From Balanoglossus misakiensis (lineage: Eukaryota; Animalia; Hemichordata), in contig CM082597.2 in the NCBI GenBank assembly GCA_040954595.2, forward strand, positions 7,894,343-7,958,342: a stretch of 64,000 nucleotides of DNA. Reading direction: 5' to 3'. Shown here in pieces: positions 36,701-48,385 of this stretch. The notes under the pieces are model-generated. The model saw nothing but the letters and a program-made list of their open reading frames with translations, was not told the DNA's origin and did not search any database. Positions within the stretch are counted from its first letter, which is position 1, and each line of letters opens with the position of its first letter. A program made the position numbers and the translations under genes.

Positions 36701-39700
36701 GCTTTTTTTTCGCGTGTGCCAGCCACTGAAAATCTGTGATTGGCTAGATCTCAATTTGCAATGGTAACTGTAGCTATAGCTATATTTGCATAGGTGACTG
36801 TAAACTTTTAAGCAGTTCGGGTTTGAAACATCCATTGCAGTAGTCTTGTCTCCTATCCCCATTTCAACTGCCGTCACAGTCCTGTGCTCCAAGAAAGGCT
36901 CAGACATGGGCTATTGTAAACATTAGCTCTTATTGGACAACAAATACAAGCACATTGCGACGCCTGGAAATACCAGGATAGGTCCAACCTAAGTTTCAAT
37001 CCTGTTGACACCACAAGTATAACACCTAATTTATTAAAGCCCCTATAGCTGCCATATTTCCCACAATAAAATACAATAAAATATATTCCCTATCCTCTAA
37101 AATCCTCACCATTAAGCCATATTACTTGCATTTGCATCAGTTTGTCATCTCTTGGTGACGCATACCACGATAGCTGCGTACTGTTTGTATGGAGGCTGAT
37201 TAAATCGGTGCGGCACCGTTTTAATACATAGTGTGTTGAAATTGCAGCATATAGTCACAATCGGGCTTCGATAAGGTGTTTATGTATACCTTTCAGTAAG
37301 CTTATTTAGATGGACCAATTTGAGTTGTAAAATAAAATCACGAAAATCATGCAAAAAGTGGCAGCTTTAGAGGCTTTAAGACATGTCTTTGTATTGTTCA
37401 TATGCAGTGAAGAACACATCTGAGTATGTGAACATTACATTTTTGAAAGACCCTCCCTCACCTGACACCGCTGAATTGATAGAGGGCGTGTATCTTGAAA
37501 ATGAAGACATCACATACTTCAGCTCAAATATTAAGGTAACTACACATACATAACGCTAGTTTTTATTATCATAACATGTAGTGTGGATGGCAAAACATGT
37601 AAATGAAGATATCATCAACTATAATTTACATAACCCATATATGGCTTTAGTGGCATGTCTGAGTAATGTGCAGCAGTTTTTTTTTTCTCTAGTGTTGGAA
37701 ACTAGATCTCCACTTTCCATGATAACTAAAGTTTGCATACAGAATCATGATATATAGTTTAAATGTCCACATAAATGATTTAGAGGTTTGTTGTGTATGA
37801 CTTTGATATTCCAGTTTCCACTCGGGGTGGCAAATGGATTTTGTTACGTTTTCATTACGGGAAGCCTCCATTGAAACTACTTCACTTGGTACCCGACTTG
37901 GCTATGTCAAGTCGGGTCACTTAATATGCAAGATTACCTGAAATAGTTTTGTTATTTCACGCTTACTTGTGCTTGGTAACTGACATACATATGTTTGTTG
38001 CACTATTTTCTAGTTTCATTTTAATCCCGTCAAATATTTGAATATGATTAATCCCTTGATAACTTAGGTCCTCACTTTTAATGGAGCTTTCCCGGCATGT
38101 GTCCAAAAACAAATATGCAGTGAAATAATGAAGTAAAAACAGTGAGTTACCTGTTGCAGTGAACAACAGAAATATATATATTTTTTTAAACCAGGTTCAG
38201 ACAGGGAAAAATTTGTGACACCATTTGCCTATGGTAAACACAGAGAATTAATCCTTTGAGTCACGTTGTGTCCACACACACACAAAGTTTATGTGTAGGC
38301 GCTGAGGCTTGGCCCCATAGACAATGGGTTGCGGAGAGGTGTTAATCCTTACACTGGCTCAGGTCTGGCTGACAAAGCCGTCTCAAATCTGAGCCGTTTC
38401 AGGACCACTTACACCATCGACACACAATTTTTAAGACGGTTTGTAATCTGAGACGCTTCAGAACCGTCTTAATGGTGTGTGTGTGACCCCCATATTAGGC
38501 AAGCATATTTTGTATGCAGTAGTTATCTTTCCCTTTTTCTTCAGATACCGCGGCTGTTCCATGCAGTTATCATCTGGCTAGAAAACTCTCTAACCATGAG
38601 TGGGAATTCTACAGTGTACGTCTTCGGCGAGGAAATCCAATATTCTGACAAATACAGAGGTTACATGTTTTCTGTGGACATCAATTTTGTTGGCGATCAT
38701 TCAAGTATTTTCATTCCAGAAAATTACTTCATGAAGACTGGAGAATACTTTTTGACATTTTCGGTTCCGCATGGTAAGTTGGGAACAAGATGAAGACCAA
38801 GCCGTCATGTGACACTTGACATAGGAAAAAATTCCATCATTCCATCATTCCATTATTTTGATAAGTATATCTATGACCCTATGGTCCTCCTACAGTAATC
38901 CTATTTTTTTCATAGTACAAAGTGTGCTTTGATAAGGATGGAAAAGAATAGTCTTTGAGAATGTCTTTGCAAGTTAACTACTGTGTAAAACGGGTTATTT
39001 TCGTGAAAGGAAATTTTCACAAATCAAAGGTGGCAACTGTCACGTGAGGATTAATTTTTGCGTTCTGGTTTGTCACTAACTACATCGTTATCTCCGAAAA
39101 CCGTTTTACGCGACTTTTTATTTTCATGTTTTTTTGCCTCGTGTATTTTGCGAAAATTTATTGGTCGCGAAAATAACCTGTTTTATTGTGTATATTTGTC
39201 TCTTTCTGATGCAGAAAGGAAGGTCAACTTCACAATGATTGTGAAGCTAGTGAGATGTGGTTACTTACAAGAACGAAGTGGCACTTGGGTCACTGATGGT
39301 TGTGAGGTAATTGTAATGTTATGTTATATTTATTTCTTCATGTGTCCTATGTGGACTTTAAGTTTACATTTTCATATGGATGCTTGATAATAACAGCAAA
39401 TCAGAAACTTGCCACATCCAGCCCCTTGGCTTATTAGACACAGAAGCTTTCATGCAACAGTAATAAATAAGTATTAAAGTCTGGGTATAGAGTACATACT
39501 TCGCTGAAGAAAGTGTCTCTTAGGGAGTTATAAAGATCAAATTTGTAATAGTTTTGTTTGTCCCCATGGCCATGTTCCAGTGGGGCGTACACATTTGAGT
39601 CTGTCCTTCCTCCACATATGAGGATGAATTTCATTCAATTCTTGCAACACAAAAGTCTATAGTGCTGCATGATTATCGTGGATGTCAGTCAGAGAGCCAT

Positions 39701-40443
39701 TTGATTTGTTTTCATTGCTCAAACCTGTTTAAAAAAACCAGCCCATCTTTCTCAATGTTATCTTATTCTATATCCACCGTTAATTGCCTGTTCCCCACTT
39801 TTTATGGAATAGTTTGATCCCCATGACCTCATTGGCTGCTGCCCACTCATATAAGATAAACACAAAGGGATGGGTAAAGAGAAATAAGAATTATGAAATC
39901 TGATTGGTTGAAGAATGGATTTCTCTGATTGGCTATTATATTATTAAAATTTCCTGTTCTTGACACAAGCTGGCACAATATCGACTTCACTGCCGATAAT
40001 AATGTGAACATTCATGACATAAATGCTGAAAACTTAGCCAATGATATAAAAATAAGTTACCGTTATCTAACTACTGAAAAACACTTTATTTTCGCGAGTT
40101 GAAATTTTCGCGATATCGAGAGAGGCCACTGTTTGGCGAGTATTAATTTTCGGGTTCTCTTATTTCGTCACTTCATCGTTATCTTAAAAAAACACTACTT
40201 TTTTTTCATACTATTTTGGCTCTTGCGTATATCGCAAAAAATTATTGCTCGCGAAAATAAAGTGTTTTACAGTACATAGCGAATGGAAATTGTCCATGTT
40301 GTATGTTCTCTTGTTAATTGTTGTGTGTGCATTAAATATTCTCCTTTGTTTCTGTCTATTTTTAGGTATCCCCAGCATCAAATATCACATCCACTGTGTG
40401 TATCTGTGACCACCTGACTTCATTTAGACCCGCGACTATTTAA
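33710..40443 (+). CDS. Spliced polycystin-1-like GAIN/GPS region (8 exons) ending in TAA
   Basis: Exons 33710-33759, 33924-34014, 34780-35135, 36283-36385, 37408-37535, 38545-38773, 39215-39306 and 40366-40443 all have AG acceptors, GT donors on the internal exons, and compatible phases, giving one open frame. GPS: CGYLQERSGTWVTDGCE/VSPASNITSTVCICDHLTSF RPATI*. Confidence 0.82.
34362..34687. mobile_element. Palindromic Kolobok-like MITE (degenerate copy)
   Basis: Long arms homologous to 48047-48385; right end gactttgtccct-TTAA. Confidence 0.7.
35180..35495. mobile_element. Crypton-like non-autonomous element
   Basis: Hairpin gcaataaaacacccccagccatggtatacca...tggtataccatggctgggggtgttttattgc, followed by the IR ttatattatgccagtatattga / tcaatatactggtataatataa; empty site in the adjacent duplicate at about 35712. 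Confidence 0.75.
35739..36060. mobile_element. Kolobok-like MITE
   Basis: TTAA flanks; imperfect TIR cagtatttctc / gagaaatactg; absent from the adjacent duplicate near 35520. Confidence 0.6.
37034..37379. mobile_element. Kolobok-like MITE; related copy at about 47770-48457
   Basis: TTAA-agcccctatagctgcca ... tggcagctttagaggct-TTAA. Confidence 0.7.
40072..40274. mobile_element. TA-flanked Tc1/mariner-type MITE; related copies at about 38980-39190 and 53620-53820
   Basis: TA-ctgaaaaacactttattttcgcgag ... ctcgcgaaaataaagtgttttacag-TA. Confidence 0.7.
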
Positions 40444-40804
40444 ATACAAAGGTACAGACTGTAAAAAAAAACAATATTTTTGATGCTTGTGATTATTGGT
40501 AGTACTGCGTGATAAAAGCTTCACTATCTGTAAATTTTGACTATTTTTCATCAATTTTGTTCTGTGAATCAAGTATTTTTCATCTTATCAAATCACATCC
40601 AAATAAACATTATTAAAGAATCAATAACAATGTTATTTTCAAAGGCGCTGAAAATTAACATCAGTGTTCATCAGCTTCAACAAATAGAAATGTCTTGAGT
40701 TTTTGTTGAAATTTTTTTAGACTAGAAGCCTGTTGAATGACAGATGGCAGAGAATTAGGCTCCCTGAAGCAATGTAAAATGTGTAGTAGAATGAAGTGTG
40801 TATT

Positions 40805-42170
40805 AGAGTTATTGAAATTGTCATGATTCACAGTAGTAGAGATCGGTAGGCAGTTTATGTAAATTGTAATGCAATAGTTTATTTATTCAACTTGTAGAGT
40901 CATTGAAATTGTCATGATTCACAATAGTAGAGATCGTCAGGCAGTTTATGTAAATTGTAATGCAATAGTTTATTTATTCAACTTGTATAGTCATCGAAAT
41001 TGTCATGATTCACAATAGTAGAGATCTGTAGGCAGTTTATGTAAATTGTAATGCACTAGTTTATTTATTCAACTTGTAAAGTCATTGAAATTGTTATGAT
41101 TCACAAATAGTAGAGATCTGTAGGCAGTTTAGGTAAATTGTAATGCAATAGTTTATTTATTCAACTTGTAGAGTCATCGAAATTGTCATGATTCACAATA
41201 GTAGAGATCTGTAGGCAGTTTATGTAAATTGTAATGCAATAGTTTATTTATTCAACTTGTAAAGTCATTGAAATTGTTATTATTCACAAATAGTAGAGAT
41301 CGGTAGGCAATTTATGTAAATTGTAATTCAATAGTTTATTTATTCAACTTGTAGAGTCATCGAAATTGTCATGATTCACAATAGTAGAGATCTGTATGCA
41401 GTTTATGTAAATTGTAATGCAATAGTTTATTTATTCAACTTGTAAAGTCATCGAAATTGTCATGATTCACAAATAGTAGAGATCGGTAGGCAGTTTATGT
41501 AAATTGTAATTTAATAGTTTATTTATTCAACTTGTAGAGTCATCGAAATTGTCATGATTCACAATAGTAGAGATCTGTAGGCAGTTTATGTAAATTGTAA
41601 TGCAATAGTTTATTTATTCAACTTGTAAAGTCATTGAAATTGTTATGATTCACAAATAGTAGAGATCGGTAGGCAGTTTATGTAAATTGTAATTCAATAG
41701 TTTATTTATTCAACTTGTAAAGTCATTGAAATTGTCATGATTCACAATAGTAGAGATCTGTAGACAGTTTATGTAAATTGTAATGGACTAGTTTATTTAT
41801 TCAACTTGTAAAGTCATTGAAATTGTTATGATTCACAAATAGTAGAGATCTGTAGGCAGTTTAGGTAAATTGTAATGCAATAGTTTATTTATTCAACTTG
41901 TAGAGTCATCGAAATTGTCATGATTCACAATAGTAGAGATCTGTATGCAGTTTATGTAAATTGTAATGCAATAGTTTATTTATTCAACTTGTAAAGTCAA
42001 CGAAATTGTCATGATTCACAAATAGTAGAGATCGGTAGGCAGTTTATGTAAATTGTAATGCAATAGTTTATTTATTCAACTTGTAGAGTCATTGAAATTG
42101 TTATGATTCACAATAGTAGAGATCGTCAGGCAGTTTATGTAAATTATAATGCAATAATTTATTTATTAAT
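40805..42170. repeat. 91-92-bp AT-rich satellite, about 15 copies
   Basis: Unit agagtcattgaaattgtcatgattcacaatagtagagatc...tttatttattcaacttgt repeated head to tail with no unique spacers. Confidence 0.95.
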
Positions 42171-42479
42171 CTTGTACTGTGATTTGAGATATGTATTAAA
42201 ATAAAAGTATCATAATGCAATTATTTTCCAGTTTTAATAATTCCCGAATTTTACATCCATCAATCTGAGTTCGCATACGCTCAACCTATTCCTAGAAAGA
42301 AAATTTGCAAGCCACTCCCAACCTGAAGAGGGTTTTATACCAGGGTGGGGAAATATTGTTTCATGTTATGTCATTTGAAATTGGCCAATATAATTTCCAT
42401 CACTCCACTATTAAACAACTAAAGGCTTTTAAAACAAAGCGCCTGTTTCCCCTATAAACTACTAGGATAAGGTGTGAGA

Positions 42480-43450
42480 AGTATTTGACAAGACCCATCT
42501 GCTACTTTTCAAACGATCTTTTTATTCTTTCTAACATTTCGGACGTACGCAGACGACCTGCTTCTGTATAGGCTGTATAGACACAGTAGCAAAAGGAAAA
42601 CGGATTACAGTGTGTATATAAGGGTAACTACGAAGTTATTAGCTTATTGAACAAAGTAGTGACAGTGGAGGTGAAACTTCTGTACAAACAATGTGATGAC
42701 TGACAATAAAGCTTAGCCTGAGAATCAGCACGTCTCTCCAGTGTGGCAATGTACAGTGAACAAAGAAACTGAGAATATGGCTCCCTAGACTAGAGGTTAC
42801 TGGCAAGGCCCCTTACCAGAGGGAAATAGATTAATTTACCAGTCTTTTTTGCTGATTCCTAAAGGGATGGTGCCTTGTTTATGAATAAATTTTATTTCAT
42901 TTTGTTTTCTGAGTTTTGTTTGTGTTGAAAATATTTTACAAATTCCAAATATTGTGAAATCATTAATATTGTGGTCTTCCGTGTTAAAGTGTTCGCTTAC
43001 GAGTGTATCTTTCCTGGTTTTTATATTATATATGTGTTCGTATGTCCGTATTTTAAGTTTTCTGCCAGTTTCCCCCATGTAAACAAGTTTATTGCAAAGT
43101 AAACAATTGATCCGGTATATGATACTAGTGTTACAGGTTATGTTGCCGATGATCGGGTGAGTTGAACCAGTTTTATTGTCTTTGTATAGAGGATGAATTT
43201 ACATTGGTTGCAGTGGTCGCATCTATTGCATGATCTTGGGTTGGGTTTTGTGTTGCTGTTGTTGTTGACTTTGGCTCTGACGAGAATTTTGGATAGGTTG
43301 CTGGGTTGTCTGTATGAAACAATGGGTGGTTTGTTGAGACGCCTGTAGTATGTCCCAGTATTTATGGATGATAGCTGGTATGTTTGGTAGTTTGGGGTTG
43401 AAAGTAATTACCTAAGGGATTCTGTCGTCGGAAGTCGATTTGTTTATATT
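42480..43450 (-). mobile_element. Penelope-like element fragment (RT tail, linker, GIY-YIG)
   Basis: RIPLGNYFQP/TFNPKLPNIPAIIHKYW, SYRQPSNLSKILVRAKV, CLLCNKLVYMGETGRKLKIRTYEH...VSEHFNTEDH. Confidence 0.85.
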
Positions 43451-43891
43451 ATGTTTTGGTTGGAGCAACTGTGATCTGGATTTGAGTCGTGCGCCCTCTA
43501 TTGCTTTGTTTATGGCTTGGTGACTGTACCCGCCGTGTCTTTAATGATTGTGCAGGGTTTTGCTTGCTGTAACAGCTAAAAAAATCCTGGGTAACAGAAC
43601 AAATGTTACACATGCGCATTAATGAGCACATAGTGAATCACAAGCCTTACCATTGGCAAGCAATTTGCGTGCGGTAAAATAAGACGAAAAAAGTCCTTGC
43701 AAGAAAAGGCAAATGACATAATTACGGACGATGTGTGTCGATCGAGTCACTGAAATATGCCATACAATGTATCTTGCAGCTTCAACTTTCGCATGTTTTT
43801 TGTTAACAATTAGGAGTATTGCCGTGTTGATCTTCAGTACAATATGAATTAAAGTTACGTAGCACTCTGTGATCAACGAGTTGAAACGACA

Positions 43892-43932
43892 GCATGAGCT
43901 TTCGGGGACATGTAGTCCCCCTCATCAGATGC
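43892..43932 (-). ncRNA. Minimal type I hammerhead ribozyme of a Penelope pLTR (pLTR segment 43808-43940)
   Basis: Minus strand GCAU CUGAUGA G GGGGAC-UACAU-GUCCCC GAAA GC UC^ AUGC: intact core, 6-bp helix II, 4-bp helix I, palindromic AGCU in place of helix III. Confidence 0.8.
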
Positions 43933-43999
43933 ACACATGGTATACCCCATGATTCTCTGTTTCTCTGTTCATTCCACGTGTGCATCTGATGAAGGGGAC

Positions 44000-46449
44000 T
44001 ATGACAGAACTCCATGACCTCAGCCCTCGAAAGTACGGCCGCAGGATACAACCGCATCACTCATGAAAATAACATATGGACGGCACAGCTCGAGGGCTGA
44101 GGTCATGGAGTTCTGTTATTATTACATATGTTCTAAAAATCACCACATTTTGAACGTAACTGGAGAGCCATTTCACTGCGGATCGATATCTTATTACTAA
44201 GATTATTATAATACTAGCTACCATCTTTCGAGCTCCGTGAATGGTTTAAGTTTTTGACTCTATTCATATGCAAATTACATCATCGCTTACCTAAGAACGC
44301 CACTCATTCATAGACAGCACTGACACAAACAGGTAGAATACTCAAAACAAACGATTTAATCAATTCAACACGCTAAAACTTGTAAATACGATAACATTAA
44401 AACGTTTTTTTGAAGCTGAAAAATTGAAAATTCGAAAGTCAAATAGTAGGATCCGAAAGATGCACGAAATTCGCGGAAGTCTAGTCGGAGTCAGAGTCCG
44501 AGTACACTATGGTTGGTCGTCGGCGTTTTGCTGAAGGAGTAGAATTGCCTCCAGCTCCGATGTTGAAGGTGAAGTTGAAAACTCCTCCGGTGATTTGGGT
44601 GTTGGAAAATAACCCTGGCAATTGATTTTGGACTTGCTGGCTACTCAATTGCAAGGAGCGCGATGAAGATGATGCGGAACTAACAAGGTCGCCGTTTTCA
44701 GGAGCCGGTGGTCGATCGCTCGCGTTGGTGGCTGACAACGGTACGAGGCTTTTGGATGTGCTTGGTCGTGGATCGAATGTGTTGTCAATACCACTCAGGA
44801 TGTTACTCATTTTTCGTTGTTAATCTTCGTTTGCGACAGCATATCTATTCAAGCTGGCTGGATTTTTATGGCCGCTGAGCTGGGCTGCTGTATTAGGTGG
44901 TACACCGGCATCTAACAAACGTTGAACACATGCTTTCCGAGCACTGTGATTGCTGAGCTTGTCGGAGATACCAGCGGCTGTTGCCATCGATTTCATTATG
45001 GTGTTTAATTTATTTACACCCATAGGCTGCCTGCGAAACCATATGCCCTTACTGAGAGTGGCCGACACATACTCTATTCCCAGGTAGAATGGAGCATCGT
45101 TGGTTTTCGTGGCTTCCGGCCTCCGTTCAGCGTAGGCCTTGTAAACACGCACCGGGCAGGTCGATTTTTTCGACGGAGTTGCATAGGCCTTTGGGGAGAA
45201 TTTTCGTGTGTTGCCGGGTTCCCCACGTCTGGTTTTTGTTAGACGCTCATTGTAGATGAGATATTCCCCATTTTCGTCTGTCGCTGTTGTTACATCGCCC
45301 CATTTCATTTGTCTATGTTCATTGCTTCCTCTAAGGCCGAACAACTTGGTGTTATTAAGCCAGATCGTGTTAAGGATTGCGTTGGGTGTATGGGTGCCGA
45401 GCTGTCCGGCTTTAATCAGCGTCGCTTCATGGTCTTCTGTGATGGCATTTGATTTTTTGGGCAGATTACCCTTCCCTCCAGCTTTCAATTGCTTTCTTTT
45501 GGCAGCTAGGGCTTCACGGCTTTTTTGAAAATGGTCATCGCGAATTATACTCGCGCCGTAGTTGGCATCACGCAAGTACCGGTCGAATGACTTCTGGTAA
45601 CTTGATACGGAATCGGGCTCATATTCATCGCTGTTCTGTTTTCTCACGCTCAGGAAAAATCTGGCGAGCAGGGGGTCAAGTTCGGCAGGTGGAATAAGCT
45701 CCAGCTTACGAGTTTCTGTTGTCATCGTCTGTCGCCAGTCTTCAAAAATACCAACTTCCCGACGCGTTTTCATGACGGTTTTCTTGTTTTTTGCAACCCG
45801 ATTAGAGCGCTGACGTCTTCGGTCGAGACCGCAGCAAATCTCCTGGACGCTGACCGAGAAGTAGACGGTTCTACCGTAGAGCTCTCCGCTTCCATCGCAG
45901 TCGCTATTTCACGCTCCACCGGTGCCGAAACATCGCTTTCACTCGGATAATAAAATTCAGAATCCAAATGTTCAAAATAAATACAGTTCCGCCAATCGTA
46001 ATAGTCGTTTTCCTCCATAAATACACCGTATGCTTCAAGTTCAAGCTGTTACTAATCAGCAGCAGACGACAATATTTACAAACAGAAAATATTACCGGAC
46101 TCATTTGCATAATTTTGCGTGAAATAATCTCTTAACAATGGTTTTCTATGTAAACATTATTTCATGGCACGTGACCTTCACGTGACCTGTTTTGAAATAT
46201 ATCTTCATTTTAAAAACACCATAAAACACGTATATGGTTGTAAAAAATAGTGAAATGTTTGACATACAGTTAGAACAGCTGAATCCAGATCGATTTGCTT
46301 GGAATGGTCTCACATCTGACATGATGTTTTAAAGAAAATGCAAAATAAAATGGGGACTATTTTATTTCATTAGTATTTAACATCTGTGAGAATACCAACT
46401 TGATTTCGCTGCTGTCAGATAGGTAATCTGTAATACATATGTAATAATA
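44000..46449 (-). mobile_element. Crypton (CryptonA/DUF3504-type) tyrosine-recombinase DNA transposon with complete ends
   Basis: TA at both ends inside an interrupted pLTR; perfect 27-bp IR (44004-44030 / 44090-44116); perfect 14-bp IR (44117-44130 / 46436-46449); YR gene lies between; no RT. Confidence 0.88.
44481..46018 (-). pseudogene. Crypton tyrosine recombinase (KCTD1/ZMYM/QRICH1-related DUF3504), with one frameshift (about 45775) and one stop (44820-44822)
   Basis: LARFFLSVRKQNSDEYEP, FGLRGSNEH (R), TKTRRG (K), CPVRVY, NHSARK (HxxR), SGHKNPASLNRY (H,Y); frame continues *QRKMSNIL into ORF 44481-44810. Confidence 0.9.
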
Positions 46450-48046
46450 CATGTTCCCGAAAGCTCATGCTGTAGTTTCAATTCGTTGATCACAGAGTGC
46501 TACATGTCTGACTTTAATTCATGTTTTTTGTTGTCAACAATTTTACTTTTTCTTAGACTATTTATGTGGTCCACTGCTTACATCTTCCCCACCTTTGAAA
46601 ACTGGTTAATGATTGAGTTAGTTGTATCTTGGACTGCGGCGACCATTGCATGTATTTTTTCAAAAGTTGGTGTAAGATGAGGCACATCTGATATCTCCTC
46701 TGCGAAGGGATCAACTTTTGGCGGACAAGAATCGCCCTGCATCAGATTATTGATAAGGAACTTACTCTAGATCTGTTAGTAGCCTGTTTGGTTTAGGTTG
46801 GTTTCATCCATCGATGAAAGTCCTGTGTTCATTATATAGTCTCTGTTCCACTCACATGCGTTGTACAAACTTAGGAAAAAGTTTTCTATCGAGTTGTGAC
46901 CTACCAGCTTTGTTGTGGCCACAAACTCATACAGTATCGTTCGCCAAAAGCATGTGATGAAGATGTTTGAAGGAAAACGAAGAAATTTTCAGTCCAATAA
47001 ACAAAAAACTCTTGTGGAAATTAATAATAAAACAAGTCCTATAACGCAAGTTTATTAGCCTTGTTAGGTTCTTGAGATATTTTCAAACATAGCCGAAGGT
47101 GCCTTGTAGCCAAAGAGGTAATAAGCCTAACACAGCAGATTGTGTTCTTGATCCTAAAGGTGACTAGGGGGTCCAAATGAAGCAATTGCCCCATCCCCTC
47201 AGACTAATAGTTCATCGGCAAAGAACGTCTAATCCCCCGCATATGTTGAGGTAGCCTCCCTCGGGGATTACATTGACTGCTGCTGGTACAGGCGACCATC
47301 TGACCCTTTTACTCAATGACTACAAAAGAGTACAACCTAAACGTATGTTGTTTGCTTTCATCATATCGTTAAGCCTGAAACTCTAATTATACAACAAAAT
47401 AAAATTGTAGCAATTAATTACACAGTCTGGCAGGAGTCACCTTATCGAAGACTAATATGCGAATTAATCTTTTGTTAAACTGTTTGACATTTATTAAACT
47501 GCACCTCAGTTGATTATTCAATTAATAAACTCACAAAAAAACTATTGTTCTCTGTGAAATTACTCGTGAAGTAATTTAACGACAGCAGGGTAAACAAATT
47601 CTGAGTTAATTATGTTTCTGGCGGTTTTACTAGCATAAGTGGTCTTAATTCTAAGTTTTAAAAGCCTCAGCTGGAAACTCGACAATAAACACTTTCATTT
47701 TAATATAATTCAGTTCCCCATAATGACGAACATTATATTTTATATGAAAATTTCTTATATACACATCGTTCAAATCCTCTAGAGCTGCCAAATTACACAT
47801 ATTTTATTCGACAATAAGATACTTCAAATATATTCCCTATCCTTTAAAATCCCCACCATTAAGTAATATTACTTGTATTTGCATTGGTTTGTCATCTCTT
47901 GGCGACGCATAGCATTATAGCTGCGTACTGTTTGTATGGAGGCTGATTAAATGGGTGCGTCACCTGTTTAATATATAGCGTGGTTAAATTGCATCATACA
48001 GCCACAATTGGGCGTCGGTGAGATATTCACGTATACCTATGATTAA

Positions 48047-48385
48047 AGGGACAAAGTCTCTCTCTCGCTGCCCCTTTTCTGTTAATTATGTTAGATACAA
48101 GACATCGTTTATGTAATTCTCCCTGTGGATATATAGTGAATCAAACATTTGACAACACACAAATTTCATACCGTTTGTTGGATATGACCTCGCCAAAATG
48201 AATAAATGGTTGAGATCGATTATTCATTTCGGTGAGTTTTTCACTCTTCTGTCTACAAGTGGGATGGAAGGTGTGTGTGGTTGAACATTGATGCACTATA
48301 TATCCACATGTAGAATAACATACACGGTGTCTTGTATCAAACATATTTAAGGGAAAATGGGCAGTGAGAGAGAGACTTTGTCCCT
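48047..48385. mobile_element. Kolobok-like palindromic MITE nested in another Kolobok-like MITE
   Basis: TTAA TSD (48043-48046, 48386-48389); TIR agggacaaagtctctctctc. Confidence 0.85.

Noticed and set aside
40805-42170. CRISPR-like regular array
   Set aside because: Whole units repeat with no unique spacers, there are no cas genes, and the context is eukaryotic.
42530-42600. Hammerhead in the pLTR of the second Penelope fragment
   Set aside because: A GAAA and a stem are suggestive, but the CUGANGA core is not present.
44481-44810. Separate second Crypton ORF
   Set aside because: In frame with the YR across a single TAA; reads as the usual low-complexity C-terminal tail.
46520-46900. Possible protein-coding remnant
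   Set aside because: Multiple stops in the frames I read and no family recognised.
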